Shown here: in pieces, positions 1 to 7,702 of the stretch
How positions within the stretch are numbered: position 1 is the stretch's first letter
How the letters are laid out: each line of letters begins with the position of its first letter
IMG/VR virus record: IMGVR_UViG_3300005805_000245
Location: 1-34,918 of that record
DNA from: a virus
Lineage: Duplodnaviria > Caudoviricetes
Direction: 5' to 3' (one strand)
Length of the DNA: 34,918 nucleotides
The notes under the pieces: model-generated
Databases searched by the model: none
The model's input: only the letters and a program-made list of their open reading frames with translations
Told to the model about the DNA's origin: nothing
Translations under genes and position numbers: made by a program

Positions 1-576
1 ATAAACAGAGGCAAAGAAGTCATCAGCAATGTGATTCGGGATGAAAGCGAACTCGTCAAGAAAGATGACATTATAGGATCCGCCTCGGACAGCAGATGAC
101 GAAGTAGAGTTAGATGAAATTTTGGAGCCATTTTCTAGTTCCAGACTACCTTTGTTCCATGATATGATACCTTGTTGCATCCACTTTGGTAAGTTTTCAT
201 AAGCAAGTTGTAATCTTCCAAGTAGGTCTCTTGCAGTAGATGCTTTGTTCGCTAGAATAGCTATATTAACATTATCGTTGAATACCGCATAATGTAACAA
301 ATATGAAACACAAGTAGTAGACTTACCTGTCTGACGGGGCATTTTACAGATATTAAATCTATTCTTGTGGAAATTGCTGATCAGTTTCTCTTGAAATGGA
401 TACATCTCAAAAGGCACTAGACCATGATCAAGAGACACGATCTTAATGTAGTTTCTAGCAAAATATACAGGATCTTCTTTACACTTTAAGAACTCAATAA
501 TTTGTTCTTCTGTAAATTCAATCGGCGTGTTGGCTTTTTTGAGCAGAGGATTGCCCAAATAAACATCACTAGACAT
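1..576 (-). CDS. gp17: Terminase large subunit (T4 gp17-like), 5' part; runs off the left edge of the window
   Basis: Not in the ORF track. Manual translation from ATG at 576: MSSDVYLGNPLLKKANTPIEFTEEQIIEFLKCKEDPVYFARNYIKIVSLDHGLVPFEMYPFQEKL...KMPRQTGKSTT (Walker A)...NVIFLDEFAFIP (Walker B). AAGGGGG RBS-like motif at 584-590; alternative in-frame ATG at 582. Confidence 0.97.
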   Translation of the reverse strand, partial: MSSDVYLGNPLLKKANTPIEFTEEQIIEFLKCKEDPVYFARNYIKIVSLDHGLVPFEMYPFQEKLISNFHKNRFNICKMPRQTGKSTTCVSYLLHYAVFNDNVNIAILANKASTARDLLGRLQLAYENLPKWMQQGIISWNKGSLELENGSKISSNSTSSSAVRGGSYNVIFLDEFAFIPNHIADDFFASVY

Positions 577-1054
577 ATTCATACCCCCTTTCTGGACCCC
601 AATGTTTCATTCTGTATGAGAGACCTTGTATTGTTATACCTACATCATCTGCAGCTTCTTGTTGAGAAACATAAACTTTTCCATTGATGGAAACTCTTTT
701 ACTGTTTGGGTGTTTTTCTCCACCCTCATACTTATGACCAAAAGAGCGACCTTTCAGTGCCTCACTTTTCTTTCTACAAGTTTCTTTACTATGTTTTCTA
801 CCAATGTTTTTTTGAGTTGCCTTATTTAAATTTTCCATAAACCAAGCATCATTATGCCACCCACACTTATGTATCTCCCTACTACAAACATATAAATGCT
901 CTGGAATATCTTTACCTCCCTCACATCTTGGGGGAAAATGATGAACATCCATACCTTTCATTTGTTCCCAAGATAGTCCCCAGTTTTTACGAGCAATATT
1001 TCTTACTGTTTTTGGACTTAACCTTTCTTTTGGAACTTTAACAATAGCAGACAC
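569..1054 (-). CDS. Free-standing HNH homing endonuclease with NUMOD3 and C-terminal NUMOD1/IENR1-like HTH DNA-binding modules
   Basis: DVHHFPPRCEGGKDIPEHL...IHKCGWH (HNH-like core), GRKHSKETCRKKSEALKG (NUMOD3-like), HPNSKRVSINGKVYVSQQEAADDVGI (NUMOD1-like HTH). GTG start; the stop overlaps the gp17 start by 8 bp. Confidence 0.88.
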   Translation of the reverse strand: MSAIVKVPKERLSPKTVRNIARKNWGLSWEQMKGMDVHHFPPRCEGGKDIPEHLYVCSREIHKCGWHNDAWFMENLNKATQKNIGRKHSKETCRKKSEALKGRSFGHKYEGGEKHPNSKRVSINGKVYVSQQEAADDVGITIQGLSYRMKHWGPERGYEYV

Positions 1055-1075
1055 ATTTCAATCCCAATCTAAAAA

Positions 1076-1083
1076 TATTTATA
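1076..1083 (-). promoter_or_regulatory. T4-type late (gp55-dependent) promoter TATAAATA upstream of the HNH gene and gp17
   Basis: Exact TATAAATA on the minus strand, about 20 bp upstream of the HNH GTG start. Confidence 0.8.
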
Positions 1084-1102
1084 CAAGATAAACTTCACTC
1101 AT
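1079..1102 (-). pseudogene. Relic of the original gp17 start: mini-ORF MSEVYLV* with a strong RBS
   Basis: Minus strand reads TAA AGGAG TTTAGTT ATG AGT GAA GTT TAT CTT GTA TAA. MSEVYL matches the current gp17 N-terminus MS-SDVYL(G). Confidence 0.75.
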
Positions 1103-1114
1103 AACTAAACTCCT

Positions 1115-2431
1115 TTATGTTAAATCATAAAAACTAACTGAACCAATACAATCAGCACTACCACTTACTGCTCTAGCTGCTAAAGTAACAATATCACTTA
1201 CTTTTGCTTGAGTTCTTCCAAGTTGTAAATCCCAATTATAATTGCTTTCAACATTCAATGGAACATCTGATTTATTTGCAGATGAAACAAAGTCATTAAA
1301 AATAATTTTACCTCCTGCAATTGTTGTTGCGTCTACATTAAATTGTGCGTTTGGAGTATTTGCCACAGTCCAGGTTGAACCATTTAAAGTTCCATTTTTA
1401 ATTAAAGCAACTTCCAATAATGCCGTTGACGCAGAACTACCTAAAAACGCAAATGACTTTGGAAGAATAATCGCATCTTCCCTTCCTGGAGTCAAACGAA
1501 TTGATACTAATGGAACAAAAGTAGTAGTGGCTATAGATACTGTTGTTGTTCTTCTCGCAACATCTCTTGCTAAAATCCTTTCATATCCTCCATTAGATTG
1601 AATGGATACACAAATTTGTTTTAATGTGGAAGATGATGTTGTAATACCAGTATTTAAAATTTCATAACGAACTGGAAGAGAAGCTGTGGTCATATAAACA
1701 CTATCAATAACATTAGCGTGTTCAAATCTGTGTGCCACGTGGAAATTACCTTCTTCGTGAGCAAATCCACAGCGAACGGCACCAACACCCAACCACTCAT
1801 ATTCAGTAAACATCAGTTGTGCTTTTGTCAGATCTAAATTATGATTGGTTGGATTTACTGTTCCACCAACTCCAGTAAAATTATCAACATTCCAATCCGA
1901 TTGTGCCACTCTAATTTCTGTGGTAATACCAGATTTTTTAGTTCGCATCATCCAGTATGCTGTAGTAATACCTGATGCGTTTGTTATTTGTTCCAAAAAG
2001 ACACCATTTTCAGATCCACCGTATCCAACTCTTTGTGTAAGATTTGGTTTTGGTGGTTCCATTACAAATGTTTGAAGAACTTGTAATGCTTTTCCTGGTT
2101 GATATGAAAATACTCGCTTACTTTCTCGAATAATAGAACAACCTGCAGTAGTTCCAATTCCTAATGTCGCAGTGCTTTGATGAGTTATAATTCCAACCGT
2201 AGATCCTACACCAAGAACCACATCATCAAAGTCTCCATCTTGACTATATCTGTGAGTGGAATCAAATAAAGTAAATGGTTGAGATACTTTTAATCTTCCA
2301 AATAAATCTCCAGAAAACCCTTGACCGAGTTGTTCAAATATTTTTCCTTGAGCATCTGCTTGCATGTATACCTCAAACAGAGTTCTTTCCTGATTGAGAT
2401 AATCTTGTTCATTCTTATTCCACTGAGCCAT
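1115..2431 (-). CDS. Conserved hypothetical, probable virion structural protein (beta-rich)
   Basis: 438-aa ORF between gp16 and gp17. N-terminus MAQWNKNEQDYLNQERTLFEV of the kind seen at this locus in cyanomyoviruses; Thr/Gly/Ser-rich; motifs SYQPGK, EWLGVG, YMTTASLPVRYEI. Confidence 0.7.
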   Translation of the reverse strand: MAQWNKNEQDYLNQERTLFEVYMQADAQGKIFEQLGQGFSGDLFGRLKVSQPFTLFDSTHRYSQDGDFDDVVLGVGSTVGIITHQSTATLGIGTTAGCSIIRESKRVFSYQPGKALQVLQTFVMEPPKPNLTQRVGYGGSENGVFLEQITNASGITTAYWMMRTKKSGITTEIRVAQSDWNVDNFTGVGGTVNPTNHNLDLTKAQLMFTEYEWLGVGAVRCGFAHEEGNFHVAHRFEHANVIDSVYMTTASLPVRYEILNTGITTSSSTLKQICVSIQSNGGYERILARDVARRTTTVSIATTTFVPLVSIRLTPGREDAIILPKSFAFLGSSASTALLEVALIKNGTLNGSTWTVANTPNAQFNVDATTIAGGKIIFNDFVSSANKSDVPLNVESNYNWDLQLGRTQAKVSDIVTLAARAVSGSADCIGSVSFYDLT

Positions 2432-2434
2432 GAA

Positions 2435-2749
2435 TCAATCACTCCAAGTTAAACTTTCTGGTCTATATCTTTGTGCGTTTTTAATTTTAATTGAGTCTGG
2501 TGATATTGGATAAATGTTATGGACAATTGCTCCAGGATATTCACTTTGCAGTTGTTCTGCAAGTGCATTTTTATCCATCATTTTACCTTCAACTTCTAAT
2601 CTATATAATTTTCCTTGCCAAACCATATCAGCAATAAATGATTCACCAACTGGTTGTGATTGTGATTCAGAACCATTGATATAAAGATTACCGTTAAAGT
2701 CGCCAGCAATATTGACGCTTTCTGAAATAAATTGTTTAAAAGATTTCAT
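2435..2749 (-). CDS. Conserved hypothetical, possible internal head protein
   Basis: 104-aa ORF tightly packed in the operon. N-terminal MKSFKQFISE resembles the T4 internal-protein capsid-targeting sequence MKTYQEFIAE. Confidence 0.7.
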   Translation of the reverse strand: MKSFKQFISESVNIAGDFNGNLYINGSESQSQPVGESFIADMVWQGKLYRLEVEGKMMDKNALAEQLQSEYPGAIVHNIYPISPDSIKIKNAQRYRPESLTWSD

Positions 2750-2750
2750 T

Positions 2751-5072
2751 TTAGTTACAGTTCCAACGACGAAGGGCTTTGTTGATTCTTGAATCTGGAT
2801 CTCTTGCAGTCTTTGCTGAAGTAAGTTTTGATTTCATTCCTTTCATACGGCGGCAGAATGAAGCACGACGCTTTGCTCTTTTTCCAGTTGGTTTCTTTTC
2901 AGTTACTGCAGTCTGAAGTTTTGAACCTGGATTTTCTCTGCGATATGCTTTAACAGCAGCGGGACTTAATCCATCAGTTTTATCTTGACGATTAACTTTT
3001 TGCCAATCTTCACTTAAACCCATTTCTTCTCTCCAATTAGAGAATCCTTCTGCCTTAACACAGTTTGGATATCTCTTTCCAAACATTGTCTTCATACCTT
3101 TTTTCTTATAACCAGGCCAACATTTTTCATCAATGACTTCACCTTCTATTTCGTATGAATTATTCAAAGCACGACGATCTTGTCTTACTCTCATAACATC
3201 ATCTCTGCTAAAAGCACCTTTAGTCCATGGATCATCATCAAGTGCTTGTTGTGCCTGACTTCTGTTTAAATTTGGAGTTTCTGGTTTTACTGTAGAACTA
3301 CCACCATATTTAATAGTTGAAGGTTTTGCTGGTGGGTTATAAGTAACTTTTCCTCCACCAGTTTTTAGTGGAGTTGATACAGATTTAGCAGTAGATTTTG
3401 CAATTTGGTCATCTACAGATTTGATAATTGCTTTACCAACTGGTTTTGCAGATTTCATAAGTCCTCTAGCTGCAAGTCTTGCAAGAAATCCAATAACTTC
3501 ATCAAGTTGTTCACCTTCTGGTTCATAACCAGCAACTTGAAGATCTTTTTTGAGTTCTTTTTTTGCTAAAGGAAGTTGTGGTCCAGTTCTTTTTAAGAAT
3601 ATTTCTTTTTCGTTTGGATTATCAGTCCTAGAACCTTTATTATAAATTTTTTGTGTTCTTTGTGCGTTCTTATGTGCTGCAGGATCAATAGGAGGTAGCA
3701 TTTGCTCATCAACACCTTGAAGTTTTCCTGCTTGTTTAAGAGCATTAATTCTTTGTCTTGGAGACATAGTTTCTTTTCTCTGCATAATTTTTTTCACTGC
3801 TACATCAAATGGTTTTTTATCTGACATGGTATCAGTGTCTGCAACCTGCTCCTTCATTTCGCCACTATCAACATAATCTGCTGCAGCATCAATATAATCT
3901 GCTGCCTTAGTAATTTTTGATTGAACCCATGCTTCTATTTCCCCTTCACCTTTTGCCATTTTTTTACGAAGTCTTTTTGCCGCTGCAATAATTGTAGAGA
4001 GTTCTGAACGAGCCATTGAATACTCATGATCATAAGATTCTGGAAAATTACCTGGATGTGGAGTATTTGGCGTATACTTCTTACCAAGACTCATTGGTAA
4101 TGAATACATATCCCAATAATTTGCTCCATATTTACACTCATCACGAGTCTCATTTTTTTGACATTTTGGACAATATCTCATCATTTCCATTGCCTCCGAT
4201 TTTGTTCCCCAATTAGCGGCACCAACTTTACGACACTTGACTAATGCTCCAGACGCATATGCACTTGGCCAAACATCATATCTTGACTTAACTTTATGAT
4301 AACAAGCATCTTTGGAACCACTACCTTTTCCTGGTTTATCTTTTTGTGCTTCGTTAAGTTCCATTGCTTCTTTAATTCCTGGTTCTGCCTTTACGTAATT
4401 TGGATCTTTTTTACCTTTTGCAAATGTAGGAACATTAGTTGGTTCTGCTGCCCCAGATTTTGCTTGCTGCCCTTTATCTTTTTGTCTCTTTCTACGAACT
4501 GCTGATTTAATCAGTGCTTCACCTTCTTCTCCTTTTCTTTTTAATGAAGCAAGTCTTGCACTACTAAAACATTTTGGAGTTTTAGTTTCGCCCGGTTCAT
4601 TAGCACAAGGAGAACCATCTGCTTGAACCCATCCAGGTTTTCCATCTTTTGATTTAGAACCTTTAAACCAATGATGTAAAGTGCCTTCTGAAACAGGGAC
4701 ATCTTTGAACTTTTTATGTTCTTTCTTTGCCTCTGCTTCCATTTTTTTCAAACGAGTATAATAATCTGGAATTTCATCTAAATGTTGAAGAGCAATATCA
4801 GTAGCAAGATCTTTATCTTTGGTATGCTCATGTTCAATTGGAACTCCCATTTTAAGTTGATTTTTTATGAAAGAAACTTCCATACGGTGTTTCTTTGCAA
4901 TCTGCTCAACTGTTTTATGAGACTTTACTTCGTGCATTTCATTAAATGGAGATTTTGATTTAGTCTCTTCACCTTTTTGCCTTTTTTTACGAGCGGCACA
5001 ATGAGCTTTCTGAGAAAATCCGTTTGGATTATCACAATCTATCGATCTTTTATATTTGTCAGACCAACTCAT
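2751..5072 (-). CDS. Large Lys-rich modular hypothetical protein (DUF5661-like module and several small Cys-containing modules)
   Basis: 773-aa ORF. Modules: IDCDNPNGFSQKAHC; QLKMGVPIEHEHT...IALQHLDEIPDYYTRL; DACYHKVKSRYDVWPSAYASGALVKCRK; YCPKC; EAWVQSKITKAADY; KCWPGY...PNCV; RRASFCRRMKGMK...RINKALRRWNC. Confidence 0.8.
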   Translation of the reverse strand: MSWSDKYKRSIDCDNPNGFSQKAHCAARKKRQKGEETKSKSPFNEMHEVKSHKTVEQIAKKHRMEVSFIKNQLKMGVPIEHEHTKDKDLATDIALQHLDEIPDYYTRLKKMEAEAKKEHKKFKDVPVSEGTLHHWFKGSKSKDGKPGWVQADGSPCANEPGETKTPKCFSSARLASLKRKGEEGEALIKSAVRRKRQKDKGQQAKSGAAEPTNVPTFAKGKKDPNYVKAEPGIKEAMELNEAQKDKPGKGSGSKDACYHKVKSRYDVWPSAYASGALVKCRKVGAANWGTKSEAMEMMRYCPKCQKNETRDECKYGANYWDMYSLPMSLGKKYTPNTPHPGNFPESYDHEYSMARSELSTIIAAAKRLRKKMAKGEGEIEAWVQSKITKAADYIDAAADYVDSGEMKEQVADTDTMSDKKPFDVAVKKIMQRKETMSPRQRINALKQAGKLQGVDEQMLPPIDPAAHKNAQRTQKIYNKGSRTDNPNEKEIFLKRTGPQLPLAKKELKKDLQVAGYEPEGEQLDEVIGFLARLAARGLMKSAKPVGKAIIKSVDDQIAKSTAKSVSTPLKTGGGKVTYNPPAKPSTIKYGGSSTVKPETPNLNRSQAQQALDDDPWTKGAFSRDDVMRVRQDRRALNNSYEIEGEVIDEKCWPGYKKKGMKTMFGKRYPNCVKAEGFSNWREEMGLSEDWQKVNRQDKTDGLSPAAVKAYRRENPGSKLQTAVTEKKPTGKRAKRRASFCRRMKGMKSKLTSAKTARDPDSRINKALRRWNCN

Positions 5073-5083
5073 TGAAAAATAGA

Positions 5084-5506
5084 TTACTCCTTATTATTTA
5101 GAAAACCTTGTTTGAGTAGTTTTGATAATTCAGATGTAGATCCAACAAAAATAGCATTATTTGTAGTATTTGTAGTTGTTTTAGTAACATCCTCTTCTAC
5201 TTCTTTCAATTTCTTCTGCAAATCAATCAATTTGTCTGTTACGTCTCCAACATTTTTAATCAACTGTCCAGCAACTTCATATGCTCTTGGAGAACCACCT
5301 TCTCCAGCAAGTTCCATAATTCCATTGATTGCTTCTTGTCCCTTTTCAATCAAAGAATATAAATTTGCACGAGTATATTCATAATCTTTTTGAATATCAT
5401 CAGACTTTAAAGGAGTTATACTTAACTCCTCCTTTTCTTTCTCTATTTCTACAATGCTACTTTCAATATTTAACGAAGCATCCAAACCTTCATAATTATT
5501 TTTCAT
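5084..5506 (-). CDS. gp16: Terminase small subunit
   Basis: DYEYTRANLYSLIEKGQEAI...SPRAYEVAGQLIK...NNAIFVGSTSEL, typical of T4-like gp16; lies directly after gp15. Confidence 0.93.
   Translation of the reverse strand: MKNNYEGLDASLNIESSIVEIEKEKEELSITPLKSDDIQKDYEYTRANLYSLIEKGQEAINGIMELAGEGGSPRAYEVAGQLIKNVGDVTDKLIDLQKKLKEVEEDVTKTTTNTTNNAIFVGSTSELSKLLKQGFLNNKE
5095..5102 (-). promoter_or_regulatory. Possible late promoter (TCTAAATA) for the 773-aa gene
   Basis: TAAATA core about 22 bp upstream of the ATG at 5072, within the last codons of gp16. Confidence 0.45.
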
Positions 5507-5511
5507 GATTA

Positions 5512-6309
5512 TTAGATATCAGTTTGACGTGTTGGACTATATTCTTTTCCATCAAAGAACATTTCAATTGATTCATTAAATCCAAAGTCGTCCTCTGGAC
5601 CAGCATCAATTGGATCTGGAGTCACAGTATATCTCATCTCTCTCTTTGCAGTTGTCGTATCAGTTCCAGTATAATAATCAACTTGAACCTTACGAATAAG
5701 ACCTTCTGTGCTGTCTGCAATTGGACCAAACAGATATGTTTTTGCAGTAAAGTTAAATGTATAGATTAAAATTCTTCGAGTAGAGAAATCACCCTCATAA
5801 TCATCTGTAAAAGTTACACTATCTAAAACAACTGGAATATCTCTTTTTTCTCCAATTGAATTGACTAAATCTACAGTAAGATTAAATGATGGTTGGAAAA
5901 ATGGTAAAATTTGTTCAACTACTTGGAGAGCATCATCTTGTATTTTACTCATTAAATTTACCTGAAACCCAATATTATATGGAACTGGTAAATAAACCTT
6001 TTTTAAATTATTACCATCTAGAGTTTTAAATGTTTGAGTAACATTTGCTTTTCTTGCAGGATCATATTGAATTGATGTCATCTCAAAAGAAAGTCTTGGC
6101 AAAGTCATTGCAATTGGTTTATTTAATTCCGCTTGCTGTTGAAGTCTTGCCAAAAATTTCTGCATTGGTCCATATGCCAAAGGAACTTTTATTTCACTAA
6201 TATTTGCACCACCAGAATCTTTGTGTCTGATATAAATTTCATTGAACAGTGTCCCAAAAGATATAACTGTTCTTCTAATTATTTCGTGATAAAAGTAAGT
6301 TCCTAACAT
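5512..6309 (-). CDS. gp15: Tail sheath stabilizer / tail terminator
   Basis: YFYHEIIRRTVISFGTLFN...VPLAYGP...LPRLSFE...PVPYNI...QILPFFQPSF...RDIPVVL; synteny gp13-14-15-16. Confidence 0.95.
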   Translation of the reverse strand: MLGTYFYHEIIRRTVISFGTLFNEIYIRHKDSGGANISEIKVPLAYGPMQKFLARLQQQAELNKPIAMTLPRLSFEMTSIQYDPARKANVTQTFKTLDGNNLKKVYLPVPYNIGFQVNLMSKIQDDALQVVEQILPFFQPSFNLTVDLVNSIGEKRDIPVVLDSVTFTDDYEGDFSTRRILIYTFNFTAKTYLFGPIADSTEGLIRKVQVDYYTGTDTTTAKREMRYTVTPDPIDAGPEDDFGFNESIEMFFDGKEYSPTRQTDI

Positions 6310-7700
6310 TAATAATTACCAAAAGGATTTGATTGTGAAAAATCTAAGATGTTATCTGCAGCATCTTCGATTTCTTTATTTTCACTATATTTATCATAAA
6401 CATCCCATGTATCGTATGTTATTACAGCATATCGTGCCGAAGATGCAGACCCTACAATAATTTCTCCAGGATAGAACCCTTTTGTAGATGCATTATCGAC
6501 AAAAGAAACCTTAAGAACTTTTGTATCATAATCCCAAGATTTTACGCGACCAACTGTTCCAGACCTAGATCCTGTAACGATTTCATTAAATAGATAAGTT
6601 CCAAATCCAGATAGAATTGGTGGAGCTGCAATAGATACGGTTGGGGTAGATATGTATCCAGATCCAGGATTTGTTATTCTAACTGAAGAAATACTATTTC
6701 CAACACTAACCACAGAAGAAGCAGTTGCAGTTTGACCTGTTCCAACTGATCCAGTAATTGTTACTATAGGTGAATTTACATAACCACTACCACCATTTGT
6801 AATTTTAATGCTAGAAACACCTACCAACGATGTCTCAATTGAACAAGTTGCAGCTGCTCCAGTTCCACCACCTCCAGAAATTGTTATTGTTGGTGCTATT
6901 GTATATCCTGCCCCAGCATTTGTGAGAACAATTGACTCTATAGATTTTACTCCTGCAATGGAAGTTGTAATTGCGACAGCAGTTGCATTTTTTCCACCAG
7001 ATGGTGCAGTGCTAATTGAAACTATTGGTGCAGAAGTATATCCATAACCGTCATTATTTAAGAAAATCTGACGAACATATCCAATTGATGTTACCGCTAA
7101 TCCAACCGCTGTAGAACCAATTCCAATTAAGTTTACACTTGTTATATAACCTTCTTCTTGAACCTGAGTATCAATTTCATTGATACTAGTATCAATAACT
7201 TCATCTTCATATTCAAATAATTCACATTTTAATTCATAAACATAAAGTTTACCAAGTTGATAAAAGTTTACTTCATGCTCTACAAATTTTACTTCAAAAA
7301 GTCTTTGTCCTAAGGGAAAATAAACAAGATCCCCTTCTCTAGGTCTTGATGAAACAATGATTTCATCATCATCTCCAACTTCTAAAAATGGAGATATAAA
7401 GTCTTCGAATCTTTCTTTAGATATAATTAAACTTAATTCATCTTTTAAACTCATTCCAAATTTAGTAAGAATATCACCTTGTCCAGTGTAACCATCATAA
7501 TTATTCACATATGCTTCTAAAGCAAAATTATCATCAAATTTTGATGATGATATTTCTCTTAATATAGTTTGTTTCCTTACAAATTTTCGCGGAATGTAAA
7601 TTACATCAATACCATAAATTTTTAGTTGCTCGTTGATTAAATCTTGAACGAGTCTTTGTTCTCCAGGAGATCCTTGTAAGAAAAATGGATTAAGTGCCAT
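6309..7700 (-). CDS. gp14: Neck protein with inserted Gly/Ser/Thr repeats
   Basis: EQRLVQDLINEQLKIYGIDVIYIPR...RPREGDLVYFP...FYQLGKLYVYELKCELFEY...DFSQSNPFG; four internal N-x-G-x-GY...P-x-[VI]-[ST]-I repeats. Confidence 0.93.
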   Translation of the reverse strand: MALNPFFLQGSPGEQRLVQDLINEQLKIYGIDVIYIPRKFVRKQTILREISSSKFDDNFALEAYVNNYDGYTGQGDILTKFGMSLKDELSLIISKERFEDFISPFLEVGDDDEIIVSSRPREGDLVYFPLGQRLFEVKFVEHEVNFYQLGKLYVYELKCELFEYEDEVIDTSINEIDTQVQEEGYITSVNLIGIGSTAVGLAVTSIGYVRQIFLNNDGYGYTSAPIVSISTAPSGGKNATAVAITTSIAGVKSIESIVLTNAGAGYTIAPTITISGGGGTGAAATCSIETSLVGVSSIKITNGGSGYVNSPIVTITGSVGTGQTATASSVVSVGNSISSVRITNPGSGYISTPTVSIAAPPILSGFGTYLFNEIVTGSRSGTVGRVKSWDYDTKVLKVSFVDNASTKGFYPGEIIVGSASSARYAVITYDTWDVYDKYSENKEIEDAADNILDFSQSNPFGNY

Positions 7701-7702
7701 TA

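Larger units (their letters stand above)
555..1083 (-). mobile_element. Putative homing-endonuclease insertion into the 5' end of gp17 (late promoter, HNH gene and replacement gp17 start)
   Basis: Associated with imperfect direct repeats AGTGAAGTTTATCTTG (1099-1084) and AGTGATGTTTATTTGG (570-555), 13/16 identical. Deleting 555-1083 restores in-frame MSEVYLGNPLLKK. Confidence 0.7.

Noticed and set aside
569-1054. HK97 gp74-like HNH packaging cofactor, given adjacency to terminase
   Set aside because: NUMOD3/NUMOD1-like DNA-binding modules and the insertion scar indicate a homing endonuclease; T4-type headful packaging is not known to need such a cofactor.
556-1084. Group I intron interpretation of the gp17 interruption (upstream exon would end in U, intron in G, and the splice would be in frame)
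   Set aside because: The HNH ORF fills nearly the whole interval, leaving about 30 non-coding nt, and I see no P3-P7 core. The downstream copy has its own ATG and RBS, so splicing is unnecessary. RT-PCR would settle it.
555-1102. Ribosomal bypass like T4 gene 60
   Set aside because: The gap is about 530 nt (about 50 nt in gene 60), and there is no matched take-off/landing codon pair or take-off hairpin at the stop.
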